64,000 nucleotides of DNA from Christensenellaceae bacterium (GCA_045644165.1 JAZRGN010000002.1:41-64040), one strand, 5' to 3'; positions 8,265-17,684 are shown, counted from the first letter of the stretch. Notes: a model not told the origin generated them from the letters alone. Program-made: numbers and translations.

Positions 8265-8939
8265 ATGAGACTATTACTCGCAGAAGATGAAAAGGAATTA
8301 AGCAAGGCTTTATGCACACTGTTAAAATATAATAATTATTCGGTCGACGCCGTGTATGACGGACAAGATGCAATTGATTACGTTGAATCTGGCGTTTACG
8401 ACGCAGTTATTCTAGACGTGATGATGCCTAAAGTAAACGGGTTAACCGTGCTAAAGACTTTAAGAAGTAGGGGAAATAACGTGCCTATACTAATGCTCAC
8501 TGCAAGAAGTGAAATAGACGATAGATGTTTAGGACTTGACTTGGGTGCAGACGATTATCTTACAAAACCATTTTCGACAAAAGAGTTGTTATCTAGAATT
8601 AAAGCAATAATAAGGCGCAAAAGCGAAAGGGTTGAAGAAAATCTAGTTTTTGGCGACGTAGAATTGAATAGAAACACGTTTGAATTAACCTCTAAGGGTG
8701 GAAGCGTAAAATTATGTAATAAAGAATTTCAAATGCTCGAGTTAATGATGCTATCCCCAAAAAACGTCTTTTCAGTAGAACGTTTTATGAATAAAGTATG
8801 GGATTTTGATAGCGAGGCTGATTTAAGCGTGGTTTGGGTATACGTTTCTTATTTGAGAAAGAAACTTAAGCAAATTAAATCTAAAGTTGAAATAAAATCA
8901 AACAGAGGCGTCGGGTATTATTTGGAGTATTGCGAATGA
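8265..8939 (+). CDS. OmpR/PhoB-family response regulator
   Basis: Receiver motifs (LLAEDE.., DAVILDVMMP, LMLTAR, KPF) plus a winged-helix C-terminus (..VWVYVSYLRKKL..RGVGY). The ATG at 8265 has a GGAGA SD. Confidence 0.9.
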   Translation: MRLLLAEDEKELSKALCTLLKYNNYSVDAVYDGQDAIDYVESGVYDAVILDVMMPKVNGLTVLKTLRSRGNNVPILMLTARSEIDDRCLGLDLGADDYLTKPFSTKELLSRIKAIIRRKSERVEENLVFGDVELNRNTFELTSKGGSVKLCNKEFQMLELMMLSPKNVFSVERFMNKVWDFDSEADLSVVWVYVSYLRKKLKQIKSKVEIKSNRGVGYYLEYCE

Positions 8940-10150
8940 TAAAGAAACTTAGGAAAAAGTTTATTATAATAGTTATGTTGGCAGTTTTTGTGGTAATTGG
9001 CTCTATCATAGGGGTTATGAACGTATTAAACTACAACAAGGTAAATAAGGACGCCGACAAAGTTCTAAGCGTTTTAATAGAAAACGGTGGAGAAATGCCA
9101 CTTCCAAATTTTGAAAATAAGGAAAACCCAATACCTTCACTTCCACCTGAAACGGCATTTCAAACGAGATATTTTACGGTAACCGTAAAAAACGGCGAGA
9201 TAGTTAACTTAAATACGTCAAAGATTTCTGCAGTAACCGAAGAACAAGCGAAAGAATACGCTTTTACGGTGATAAATGAGAACAAAACCGACGGCTACTT
9301 TGAAGAATATAAGATTGCACGAGTAAATACTGCCGAAGGCGAGATGATTGTATTTTTAGATTGCTCAAAAGACTTATACTTTACAAGAAACTTCTTAAAA
9401 ATAAGCCTAGTAATCGGCGCTACGGCAATGGGGTTAATATTCGTGATGGTGTGGCTTTGTTCTTCCTTTGCCGTTAAACCAATAGTCGAAAGTTATTCAA
9501 AGCAAAAGAGGTTTATAACCAACGCAAATCACGAAATAAAAACGCCACTCGCTATAATCGGTGCAACCAACGAGGTTATGGAACTAGAGTTTGGCGAAAA
9601 CGAATGTTCTAGCACGATAAATAATCAAGTAAAGAAACTTACAGCCCTAACTGAAAAATTAGTTTTTCTTTCTAGAATGGACGAAGAAAGTGGCGAAAAT
9701 CCTTTAGCCGAAGTAGATTTTTCGTCTATTGTAACCGAAATGGCAGAGCCGTTTGGAATAATCGCAAAGGCTCAGCAAAAGAAGTTATCCGTTAACATAG
9801 AGCCAAACGTTAAAACCATTGGCGACACGTCGCTGTTAAGTCAGTTGGTTTCAATACTTCTTGAAAATGCTTTCAAGTATTCAAACGACGAGGGAATAAT
9901 AAATTTAAGCCTTACAGCGCACGGTCAAAAAACTAAACTTGTAGTAGGAAACACCACCGACCACGTAGACGTAAAAGAAATTGATAGGCTCTTTGATAGA
10001 TTTTATCGTGCCGACCAGTCGAGAAATTCTCAAACGGGTGGCTTTGGTATAGGTCTTTCCGTCGCAAAATCGATAGTGAATTTACACAAGGGAAAAATCG
10101 TTGCAAAATTAGACAACAACAATTATATAACCTTTACGGTAACCATATAA
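8936..10150 (+). CDS. Sensor histidine kinase (two TM helices, HisKA + HATPase_c)
   Basis: H-box NANHEIKTPL, N-box LLENAFKYS and G-box GGFGIGLSVAKS. The ATG overlaps the regulator stop (ATGA). Confidence 0.9.
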   Translation: MIKKLRKKFIIIVMLAVFVVIGSIIGVMNVLNYNKVNKDADKVLSVLIENGGEMPLPNFENKENPIPSLPPETAFQTRYFTVTVKNGEIVNLNTSKISAVTEEQAKEYAFTVINENKTDGYFEEYKIARVNTAEGEMIVFLDCSKDLYFTRNFLKISLVIGATAMGLIFVMVWLCSSFAVKPIVESYSKQKRFITNANHEIKTPLAIIGATNEVMELEFGENECSSTINNQVKKLTALTEKLVFLSRMDEESGENPLAEVDFSSIVTEMAEPFGIIAKAQQKKLSVNIEPNVKTIGDTSLLSQLVSILLENAFKYSNDEGIINLSLTAHGQKTKLVVGNTTDHVDVKEIDRLFDRFYRADQSRNSQTGGFGIGLSVAKSIVNLHKGKIVAKLDNNNYITFTVTI

Positions 10151-10153
10151 TTA

Positions 10154-10187
10154 CAAACTCCCGTCGGCAGGTGCCGACGGGAGTTTG
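10154..10187. terminator. Bidirectional terminator
   Basis: 16-bp stem caaactcccgtcggca/tgccgacgggagtttg. Confidence 0.75.
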
Positions 10188-10216
10188 TATCGTTATTTAA
10201 ACAAATTTATATTATG

Positions 10217-10477
10217 TTAAAGCAAAGCGTTTTCTAAAACTAGTTTGTCAAATTCAATACTTTCAACGAAATCGTCTTTCTTAAACCTTAAAGTATTATA
10301 TTTGGCGTAGTTAAAAAGGTGGGTTTTTATGATTACAGGGGTAGGAATATCTAGCGTTTCGCATATATCTCTAACGTATTCAAAAAATAAAGAGTAATCG
10401 GTTTCGCCCTCTTTTTCAAACACGCATTGGCGTAATATTTTGTCCTTTATCATAACTTTTGCCCAAATTCTAATCAC
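10217..10477 (-). CDS. Small hypothetical protein, translationally coupled to the upstream membrane protein
   Basis: 86-aa ORF. Its GTG start is preceded by AGGGAA, which overlaps the stop of the preceding gene. I recognise no family. Confidence 0.45.
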   Translation of the reverse strand: MIRIWAKVMIKDKILRQCVFEKEGETDYSLFFEYVRDICETLDIPTPVIIKTHLFNYAKYNTLRFKKDDFVESIEFDKLVLENALL

Positions 10478-10485
10478 AATATTCC

Positions 10486-11802
10486 CTAAAATTCTTTCAC
10501 CTTGCGCCTGTCCGTGCGCTTTTTTATTTTATTAAAAGCAAAGCCGATTATTATAGTTGAATAAAAACTTAAAATTCTCCATGCAAGCATGGCAGGGAAG
10601 GCGTAGCCACTAACTTGCTCGTTTCCACTAAGTCCTAGTCCCGTTTTAAATAATAAATAGAACGAAAGGTCTGCCGCGCCGGCGTTTCCAGGGGTAGGAA
10701 TAAAGGATATCGCAACGTTTATTAGCACGCAAATTTGAATTACTTGCGCCCATTCAAGCACGCCACCACCCCAATTAAATCCAAAGAAACACAAAACGAA
10801 ATAAGCGATAGAAGTTCCACTTAAATGTTCTAAAAAACTCAACAAGAATGAAGAAGTAAACACGGCAGGTCTAGTTGCTAGTTTTTTGATGCATCTCGAA
10901 TTGTGAATAACCGTTTTATAGGTTTTCATTGCCGTTTTCTTAGGGTCTTGAATAAGACGAAGTTTATTCCCTAAATGTAATAGTCCTGCAACGAGTTTAG
11001 AAGTAAACCTCGGCATAAGCGAGAACATTATTACTAAAAGAGGCATAACTAGGCTAAAAGATAAACCTATAATAGCGGCAACGTTAAGAAGAGTTGGTAA
11101 AATTCCAACCACTTCGTCCGGAACGCCGAGAGTGTTTTTGGAATACAAGAAAATACTTGTAAATGCGATTATTACGAACGCCGTTTGGTTAAGAAAATAA
11201 GTCGATATAGGAAGTGAACTTGCCACTCCACCGTGAACGCCGTGCTTTGAAAGATAATAAATTTCAAAAGGCTGACCACCAACGGCAAAAGGCGTAACGT
11301 TGTTATAGTAAATGCCTAAAACGGCAGTTTCCATGCAGGTTTTAAAATGCCACAAACCCGTCATAGACTTGCACATGATTGAGAGTTTAAGAGCCTTAAA
11401 GAAATAATATCCAAATAGAGCGAGTAGTGCGTAAATTAAAAAATACCAGTTTCCCGAAAGAGTTAGCCAAACTTCCTTCCAAGAAGGCAAAGGCTCGCCT
11501 GACGAGAAGTCATTGTAAGCAGTCCAGGCGAGAACGCCAACCATTACTACTATAAAAAGATAAGCAAAAATATTTTTATATAATTTTTGTCGCTTATCAA
11601 CCGTAGTGGTGTCTAAGCCTAGAATACCAGACATTACTATTTGTTTAGGAGAAGACTTTTCTAGTTCAAAATCTTCTTTCACCTCTGGTTCTGGGTTGAT
11701 AGCCTCCGGCACCTGGTCGCCACGGAGCTGTATTGTGATAGGTTCTTGTGTCTTTGTGTCGAACTCTATCTTTTGAATAATAGGCTCTTTGCTTTTTTTC
11801 AT
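10486..11802 (-). CDS. Lysylphosphatidylglycerol-synthase-TM-region (UPF0104, flippase-like) family membrane protein
   Basis: Polytopic protein with a YNNVTPFAVGGQPFEIYYL segment and a C-terminal PTPGNAGAADL, both typical of the LPG_synthase_TM family. Confidence 0.7.
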   Translation of the reverse strand: MKKSKEPIIQKIEFDTKTQEPITIQLRGDQVPEAINPEPEVKEDFELEKSSPKQIVMSGILGLDTTTVDKRQKLYKNIFAYLFIVVMVGVLAWTAYNDFSSGEPLPSWKEVWLTLSGNWYFLIYALLALFGYYFFKALKLSIMCKSMTGLWHFKTCMETAVLGIYYNNVTPFAVGGQPFEIYYLSKHGVHGGVASSLPISTYFLNQTAFVIIAFTSIFLYSKNTLGVPDEVVGILPTLLNVAAIIGLSFSLVMPLLVIMFSLMPRFTSKLVAGLLHLGNKLRLIQDPKKTAMKTYKTVIHNSRCIKKLATRPAVFTSSFLLSFLEHLSGTSIAYFVLCFFGFNWGGGVLEWAQVIQICVLINVAISFIPTPGNAGAADLSFYLLFKTGLGLSGNEQVSGYAFPAMLAWRILSFYSTIIIGFAFNKIKKRTDRRKVKEF

Positions 11803-11935
11803 ACCATATAATTATAGTTTAAGAAAGTTGCTTTGTCAATAGAAAAAGCCTTTTGGGAATTTTTCATTGCCTTTTTAAGTGGTCTGTGTTAAAATGAATA
11901 AAAGATTAAACGCAAAAGGCATAAAGGAGAAAAGG

Positions 11936-12928
11936 GTGGAGAATTTTGTTGCTAATAAATTATCGGTAATAATTCCTTGTTTTAACGCAGAAAAATTCTT
12001 GTCGTGCTGTTTTAACTGCTTAGACAGCCAAACCTATTCTAATTTGCAAATTATATTTATTGACGACGGTAGCGTTGACAAAACGCTAGATTTAATAAAA
12101 GAATATTGTCAAAAAAACTCTAGCGCCATTTTCGTAACGGGTGAAAATCAAGGGGTTGGCGCATCTAGGAACAAAGGCTTAGAAAGAATAGACGGCGATT
12201 ATTTTACCTTTTACGACGCTGACGATATAATTTCTCCTAATCATTTTGAGAACCTTATAAATATAATAGTAAAAGAAAAAGCCGACATTTCTGTTTGTGG
12301 AATAAAAAAAATTAATGAAGAAAAGGCTAGTAAGTTAACTTTTAACGACAAAGGCTTAAACAAACTAGAAATTTTTGAAGGTAAAGATTGTTTTACCCAA
12401 TACCTTTCTCAAGAAAAACTAGATTTCGTTTTGTGGAATAAGGTTTTCTCAACTAAAACCTTAAAAGAGAGTGGCGCAAAATTTCTTAACACTAGATACG
12501 GCGAAGAGGCGTATTTTCTATACAACTATTTTAAGTGTGTAAAAAAGGTTGTTTTCTGCCCGTGCAAAACATACCTTTACGTTCAACATAAAAAAAGTTT
12601 AATGCATTTAAGCTTTAACGAAAGTAGACTCGATATAATTACTAATCTTGACGAGATTAAAAAGGATGCAGAAACTTTTGACAAGGAAATTTCTAGTTAC
12701 GTTTCAAGTATGCGTGCAGGATATTTAGTAGGGCTATTATATTTTATCAAAAAAAGCGACTATCAAAATTCTCAAGTTATAAATCAAATGATTGAAACTT
12801 TAAGTAAAGACGCAAAACTTTTAAAGGGCTGTAAAAAAACGGCACTTTATAAAAGAGTATTTATTCCATTAATTCCAACCTTTGCAAAATTAGCACTAAA
12901 AAAGAAACTAAAAAACGCTTCGAAGTAA
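11936..12928 (+). CDS. Family 2 glycosyltransferase
   Basis: LSVIIPCFNAEKFL..IIFIDDGSVDKT..FYDADD. I prefer the GTG at 11936, 5 nt after AAGGAGA, over the ORF-track start at 11879. The ATG at 11894 remains possible. Confidence 0.8.
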   Translation: MENFVANKLSVIIPCFNAEKFLSCCFNCLDSQTYSNLQIIFIDDGSVDKTLDLIKEYCQKNSSAIFVTGENQGVGASRNKGLERIDGDYFTFYDADDIISPNHFENLINIIVKEKADISVCGIKKINEEKASKLTFNDKGLNKLEIFEGKDCFTQYLSQEKLDFVLWNKVFSTKTLKESGAKFLNTRYGEEAYFLYNYFKCVKKVVFCPCKTYLYVQHKKSLMHLSFNESRLDIITNLDEIKKDAETFDKEISSYVSSMRAGYLVGLLYFIKKSDYQNSQVINQMIETLSKDAKLLKGCKKTALYKRVFIPLIPTFAKLALKKKLKNASK

Positions 12929-12941
12929 TCGAAGCGTTTTT
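12911..12941. terminator. Bidirectional terminator
   Basis: Stem aaaacgcttcg/cgaagcgtttt. The GT2 stop codon lies in the loop. Confidence 0.7.
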
Positions 12942-12953
12942 GCTATAATTTTA

Positions 12954-13397
12954 TTAACCGTTAACCACGATAACCGTGATTTTTGCACTTTCTTCAGGCG
13001 AGATTTTAACGGTTACGGTGTATCTGCCGGTTGCCTTAATGTTGGTTTGAAGAATAATTTTCTTTTTATCAATATCGTAGCCGAGTTCAAAAAGTCTATC
13101 TGCGATTTCCTTGTTGGTAACGCTACCGAAGAATTTTCCGTTTTCGCCAGTTTTAACCTTAACGGTTACTTCAGCACCGTCGATTTTTTCTCTTAATTCT
13201 TTATTAGCTTTAAGTTCTTCTGCCCTATGGAAAGCCTTAGCGTCTTTTTGACCTTTGTTTTCGCTCAATGCTTGTGCGTCGGCAGGTTTGGCAAGCCCAC
13301 GCTTTATTAAAAAGTTTTGAGCAAACCCGTCCTTAGCCTCGATAATATCTCCAGCCTTTCCAGAACCCTTAACGTCTTTTATTAAAACAACTTTCAT
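12954..13397 (-). CDS. rplI: 50S ribosomal protein L9
   Basis: MKVVLIKDVKGSGKAGDIIEAKDGFAQNFLIKRGLA is a canonical L9 N-terminus. Confidence 0.95.
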   Translation of the reverse strand: MKVVLIKDVKGSGKAGDIIEAKDGFAQNFLIKRGLAKPADAQALSENKGQKDAKAFHRAEELKANKELREKIDGAEVTVKVKTGENGKFFGSVTNKEIADRLFELGYDIDKKKIILQTNIKATGRYTVTVKISPEESAKITVIVVNG

Positions 13398-13424
13398 TTT
13401 TGTCTCCTTTGTCTTTACGTAAAT

Positions 13425-13453
13425 ATTTTATATAAAAATATGAAAAAAGTCAA
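13425..13453 (-). promoter_or_regulatory. Sigma-A-type promoter for rplI
   Basis: Minus strand reads TTGACT-17 nt-TAAAAT. Confidence 0.55.
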
Positions 13454-13510
13454 GACCAAAGCGTATAAAAAAACTTTTAAAGCCAATAATAAATTTAAAG
13501 GAGAATTAAT

Positions 13511-13663
13511 ATGCAAAAAAATTGTGGTATTAAGTGCGACGTTGTAAGTTGCAGACACAACGCAGAAGGTTGTTGTTGTGAATTAGAACAAGTAAAAATC
13601 ACTAAAAACTGTAGCTGTGGTGAAAACGCTACCTGTTGTGATGATTTTTGCGAGAGATTCTAA
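13511..13663 (+). CDS. DUF1540-like small cysteine-rich protein (50 aa; below the ORF-track cut-off)
   Basis: AAAGGAGAA SD 6 nt upstream. Translation: MQKNCGIKCDVVSCRHNAEGCCCELEQVKITKNCSCGENATCCDDFCERF. A terminator follows. Confidence 0.65.
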   Translation: MQKNCGIKCDVVSCRHNAEGCCCELEQVKITKNCSCGENATCCDDFCERF

Positions 13664-13687
13664 CCAAAGACTAAAATATATGAAAAA

Positions 13688-13788
13688 GAAAAAGGTTGCC
13701 GTTTTGCAACCTTTTTCTTTTCTTATTATATATTATTCTGGAAAATACACAAAAATCGCCGATTGCGATTACAAATTCCCTCTTACAA
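13688..13788 (-). ncRNA. Candidate small RNA, ~35 or ~100 nt depending on which terminator is used
   Basis: Lies between the orphan minus-strand promoter (13795-13822) and two terminator-like hairpins (13751-13770 followed by U-runs; 13691-13716). It has no ORF with a canonical start. Confidence 0.3.
13691..13716. terminator. Bidirectional terminator
   Basis: aaaggttgc-cgttt-gcaaccttt with flanking A and T runs. Confidence 0.75.
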
Positions 13789-13794
13789 ATATAA

Positions 13795-13822
13795 ATTCTA
13801 TCACAAAAAAACCATAAGTCAA
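13795..13822 (-). promoter_or_regulatory. Orphan sigma-A-type promoter with extended -10
   Basis: Minus strand reads TTGACT-16 nt-TAGAAT with TGa immediately upstream of the -10. Confidence 0.5.
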
Positions 13823-13936
13823 GAGGGTTTTGAAAAATTTTTTCAAAAAACTTTAATTTTTTTCATTTTGTTTTCAAAATTATTTTTAAAATATGCTAAA
13901 AAACAGTAGAAATGCCTAACGGAAAAGCAACCCTTA

Positions 13937-13965
13937 TTGACTTTTATGGAAAAAAGTTCTATAAT
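13937..13965 (+). promoter_or_regulatory. Sigma-A-type promoter for greA-lysS
   Basis: TTGACT-17 nt-TATAAT. Confidence 0.6.
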
Positions 13966-14014
13966 TTATGGGTAGAAAAAATTGCAGTAAAACTGCGTTA
14001 TGGAGGGCTATAAA

Positions 14015-14479
14015 ATGGCTGATGAAGTATTACTTACTAAAGAAGGTAAAGAAGAGTTAGAGAAAAGATTAGACTATCTTAAAATGGAAAAACGTGCAGA
14101 AATAACCGAAAGAATAAAAACTGCAAGAGAATTCGGCGACCTTTCGGAAAACGCTGAATACGACGCTGCTAAAAACGAACAAGCAATGATTGAAGGCGAA
14201 ATTCTTGAAATCGAAGAAAAGTTAAAACGTGCCGTAATCATTAAAGAAAGCAAAAAGGGACAAGTTTCTCTTGGTAGCAAAGTTGATTTTATCGACGAAG
14301 AACTCGGCGAATTAGTAACTTATGAAATCGTAGGAACTACCGAAGCAGATGTAGAACAAGGCAGAATCAGTAACGAATCTCCAATCGGCAACGCATTACT
14401 TGGAAGAAAAGTTAACGACGTTGTTAGAGTAGTAGTTCCAGCAGGAGTTACCACGCTTACCATTAAAAAGGTTTATTAA
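14015..14479 (+). CDS. greA: Transcription elongation factor GreA
   Basis: LTKEGKEELEKRLDYLK..REFGDLSENAEYDAAKNEQ. The ATG at 14015 follows GGAGGG. Confidence 0.95.
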   Translation: MADEVLLTKEGKEELEKRLDYLKMEKRAEITERIKTAREFGDLSENAEYDAAKNEQAMIEGEILEIEEKLKRAVIIKESKKGQVSLGSKVDFIDEELGELVTYEIVGTTEADVEQGRISNESPIGNALLGRKVNDVVRVVVPAGVTTLTIKKVY

Positions 14480-14509
14480 TTTTTACTTTAGTCATTTAAG
14501 GATATAATT

Positions 14510-16012
14510 ATGGAAGAAAAGAATTTAAATTCCCCTGTGGAAGAACTCGACTTAAACGAAATTTTAAGAATTAGAAGGGAAAAACTAGACGCACTAAAAT
14601 CGGCTGGCAAAAACCCTTATGAAAAGGTTAAATACGATAGAACTGCCTTTTCTTTAGATATTAAGGAAAACTACGCTGAACACGAAGGCAAAACGGTTGG
14701 TATTGCAGGTAGATTAATTTCTAAAAGAATTATGGGTAAGGCATCTTTTGCAGTTATTTTAGACGGCAAGGGAACTATTCAATCGTATTTATCAATTAAC
14801 GATTTAGGCGACGAATACCTAGCGTTCAAAGATTACGATATCGGCGATATTATCGGTATTAAAGGTTTTGTGTTCACCACTAGAACGGGCGAAGTATCAG
14901 TTCACGCTCAAAGCGTAGAACTTTTATCAAAATCGCTTTTACCATTACCAGAGAAATATCACGGACTTAAAGACGAAGATACTAGATACCGTCAAAGAGA
15001 AGTAGATTTAATCGCTAATCCAGAAGTTAAGCGCACCTTCGAGGCTCGCTCTAAAATTATGAAAGCGATTAGAAACTATCTAGACGGCGTTGGATATTTA
15101 GAAGTAGATACCCCCGTATTACAACCACTAGAAATCGGCGCTGCCGCAAGACCGTTCAAAACCCATCACAACGCATTAGATATTGATATGTTTTTAAGAA
15201 TAGAAACCGAACTATATCTAAAAAGACTTATCGTCGGTGGTTTTGATAGAGTTTACGAAGTAGGTAGAATTTTTAGAAACGAGGGTATGGACCGTTCGCA
15301 CAACCCAGAATTCACTACCGTAGAAATGTATCAAGCATATAGCGACTATTTTGATATGATGAACCTTATCGAAAATATGTATAAAGAAATTACTCGTGAA
15401 GTTTGTGGAAAAGACGTTATTAACTATCAAGGCGTGGAAATCGACATGGGCAAGCCATGGGAAAGACTTACTATGGTAGAAGCCGTTAAAAAATACGCTG
15501 GCGTAGACTATAACGATTGGGCGACCGACGAACAAGCGAGAGCAGTCGCTAAGCAAATGCACGTTGAAGTCGACGAGGGCGACGAAGCGACTAAAGGACA
15601 CGTTTTAATCGCATTCTTCGACGCTTTCGTAGAAGATAAACTAATTCAACCAACCATAATCTACGATTACCCGGTTGAAAACTCTCCATTAGCAAAGAGA
15701 AAACCAACTAACCCTGCGTTTACCGAAAGATTTGAATACTTCATTTACGCAAGAGAAATGGGTAACGCTTTCTCCGAACTTAACGACCCTATCGACCAAA
15801 AAGAAAGATTCGTTAAGCAAGTAGAAGCAAAGCGTGCTAAGGGTGGAAACGACGCTAAGGTGGACGAAGACTTCGTTACTGCACTAGAATACGGCATGCC
15901 TCCAACGGGTGGTCTTGGTTTTGGCGTTGATAGATTAGTTATGCTATTGACGGATAGTGCCTCTATTAGAGACGTAATTCTATTCCCAACAATGAAACCT
16001 ATAAAAAAATAA
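14510..16012 (+). CDS. lysS: Lysine--tRNA ligase (class II)
   Basis: 500 aa with an OB-fold N-terminus and the class II motifs FRNEG and [14 protein letters not shown]. Confidence 0.95.
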   Translation: MEEKNLNSPVEELDLNEILRIRREKLDALKSAGKNPYEKVKYDRTAFSLDIKENYAEHEGKTVGIAGRLISKRIMGKASFAVILDGKGTIQSYLSINDLGDEYLAFKDYDIGDIIGIKGFVFTTRTGEVSVHAQSVELLSKSLLPLPEKYHGLKDEDTRYRQREVDLIANPEVKRTFEARSKIMKAIRNYLDGVGYLEVDTPVLQPLEIGAAARPFKTHHNALDIDMFLRIETELYLKRLIVGGFDRVYEVGRIFRNEGMDRSHNPEFTTVEMYQAYSDYFDMMNLIENMYKEITREVCGKDVINYQGVEIDMGKPWERLTMVEAVKKYAGVDYNDWATDEQARAVAKQMHVEVDEGDEATKGHVLIAFFDAFVEDKLIQPTIIYDYPVENSPLAKRKPTNPAFTERFEYFIYAREMGNAFSELNDPIDQKERFVKQVEAKRAKGGNDAKVDEDFVTALEYGMPPTGGLGFGVDRLVMLLTDSASIRDVILFPTMKPIKK

Positions 16013-16034
16013 AAGGTAATTAACGAATCGACGA

Positions 16035-17051
16035 ATGGATAATAAAATCACTAAAAAACGCTTTGCCGACTTTTTATCTTACGATTGGATTTTAATAACC
16101 GTAATCATAGTAGTTGCTATTCTCGTATGGGAAATTCTTTTCACGGTTACTGCAGTTAAGCCAACTCGTGGTCAAAGCTTTAAGATTCTTTACGACGAAG
16201 GTGTTGAATCGCAATACGAAAAGGACATAGTTGTCGTAACGCACAACGAGGCGAGAACTTATAGTTTCGACGTTTTGGAAATTGGAAAAGAGGGCTTGAC
16301 GGCTGGTATAGAAAACGAGATTGGCGTTAGATACGAAACTAGGGATTGCGACGTTATCATTACTACCGATATAGAAAAAACTACCAATTCTGGAGCGAAG
16401 TATACTAGGGCAAACTACATTACCGAAAGTTTCAACCCTTGGAGTTATGAAAAAGCAGTCGTAGACGGAGACAAATATCTCGAAAAACTACTTAAAGCAG
16501 GCGTTCCAAAAATAACGGCAGGCGACGTTAACGCTTGTTATGATTATTCGCAAATGGACGGTGGGAAAATAGACCAACTATTTTCAACGAGATTAAAGGG
16601 CGATAACCGTTTCCGTAGGGAAAAGCAAAAGGCGCAAGGCAAAACTTACGAAAGAATGCGAATTGAAAAACTTTGCCAAGAGGTAGCGTTTGCTAAAATG
16701 CTTTTAAGGGAGCATTCTCAAATTTTCTACACCTACACTTTAGGGCAACAATCATACGACCAAGCGCTTGCGTCGGGTAATAGCGCAAATATTGCAAGCG
16801 CAGAGGCAACCTTAAACAAAAACAAGGAAAGCAACCAAAAACGCTATGGTAAAGAACAACTCTCTTACGGTATAAGAGTGGACAAGTTGACGGACGGAAA
16901 GTATGCTCCGGAAGAGTTTTTTACTTCAAACGGAAAATGCGAAAATTTGGTGCTTATGGCGTTTGATTTTCTAGAAGACCAACCTCACTTGCAATTCGAG
17001 TCGTTGTCTTTTATGAACGATATCGTTAGGTTGTGTAGCAATATTTTATAA
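16035..17051 (+). CDS. Hypothetical single-pass membrane protein with a large extracytoplasmic domain
   Basis: N-terminal TM helix (WILITVIIVVAILVWEILFTV). I recognise no motif. Confidence 0.5.
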   Translation: MDNKITKKRFADFLSYDWILITVIIVVAILVWEILFTVTAVKPTRGQSFKILYDEGVESQYEKDIVVVTHNEARTYSFDVLEIGKEGLTAGIENEIGVRYETRDCDVIITTDIEKTTNSGAKYTRANYITESFNPWSYEKAVVDGDKYLEKLLKAGVPKITAGDVNACYDYSQMDGGKIDQLFSTRLKGDNRFRREKQKAQGKTYERMRIEKLCQEVAFAKMLLREHSQIFYTYTLGQQSYDQALASGNSANIASAEATLNKNKESNQKRYGKEQLSYGIRVDKLTDGKYAPEEFFTSNGKCENLVLMAFDFLEDQPHLQFESLSFMNDIVRLCSNIL

Positions 17052-17060
17052 GAGGATTAT

Positions 17061-17684
17061 ATGAGAGGAAAGTTCGTTACTTTCGAGGGGTGCGAAGGGG
17101 TTGGCAAGTCCAAACAAATTCGACTCGTCGAAGAGTATTTACAAAAAAACGGTATAAAGTATTTTTTAACCAGAGAACCGGGTGGCACTCCCGTTTCCGA
17201 ACAAATTAGAAAGGTTATTTTAGACGGTAAGAACGTTTCTATGACCGACGAGTGCGAGGCTATGCTTTACGCAAGTGCAAGAATTCAACTATTAAAGGAA
17301 GAGATTGCGCCAAGACTAGAGGCAGGCGAATTAGTTTTATGTGATAGATACGTGGATTCTTCTATCGCTTACCAAGCATACGCAAGAGGTTTAGGTTTAG
17401 ATTTTATTACTACAATAAACGATTATGCTATTAAGAACTTTAGTCCTGACTGCACGCTCTTTTTAAATCTTACTCCCGAAGAGGCTTTCAAGAGAAAGGG
17501 TGGAGTCGATAAAAACGATAGAGTAGAACAATCGGGAAAAGAATTTCACGAAAAGGTATATCAAGGCTATTTGCAAGTTGCAAAGAATAACCCTCACCGT
17601 GTTTGCGTTATTGACGCAAGTGGAACTAAAGAACAAACGCACGCTAAGGTAATTCAAGCGTTAAAAGACAAGGGAATTATATGA
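17061..17684 (+). CDS. tmk: dTMP (thymidylate) kinase
   Basis: FVTFEGCEGVGKSKQ P-loop and the DRYVDSSIAYQ motif. Confidence 0.95.
   Translation: MRGKFVTFEGCEGVGKSKQIRLVEEYLQKNGIKYFLTREPGGTPVSEQIRKVILDGKNVSMTDECEAMLYASARIQLLKEEIAPRLEAGELVLCDRYVDSSIAYQAYARGLGLDFITTINDYAIKNFSPDCTLFLNLTPEEAFKRKGGVDKNDRVEQSGKEFHEKVYQGYLQVAKNNPHRVCVIDASGTKEQTHAKVIQALKDKGII

Noticed and set aside
13617-13817. 66-aa ORF on the plus strand.
   Set aside because: It overlaps the 3' end of the SD-supported DUF1540-like gene in another frame, runs through a terminator and has no SD.
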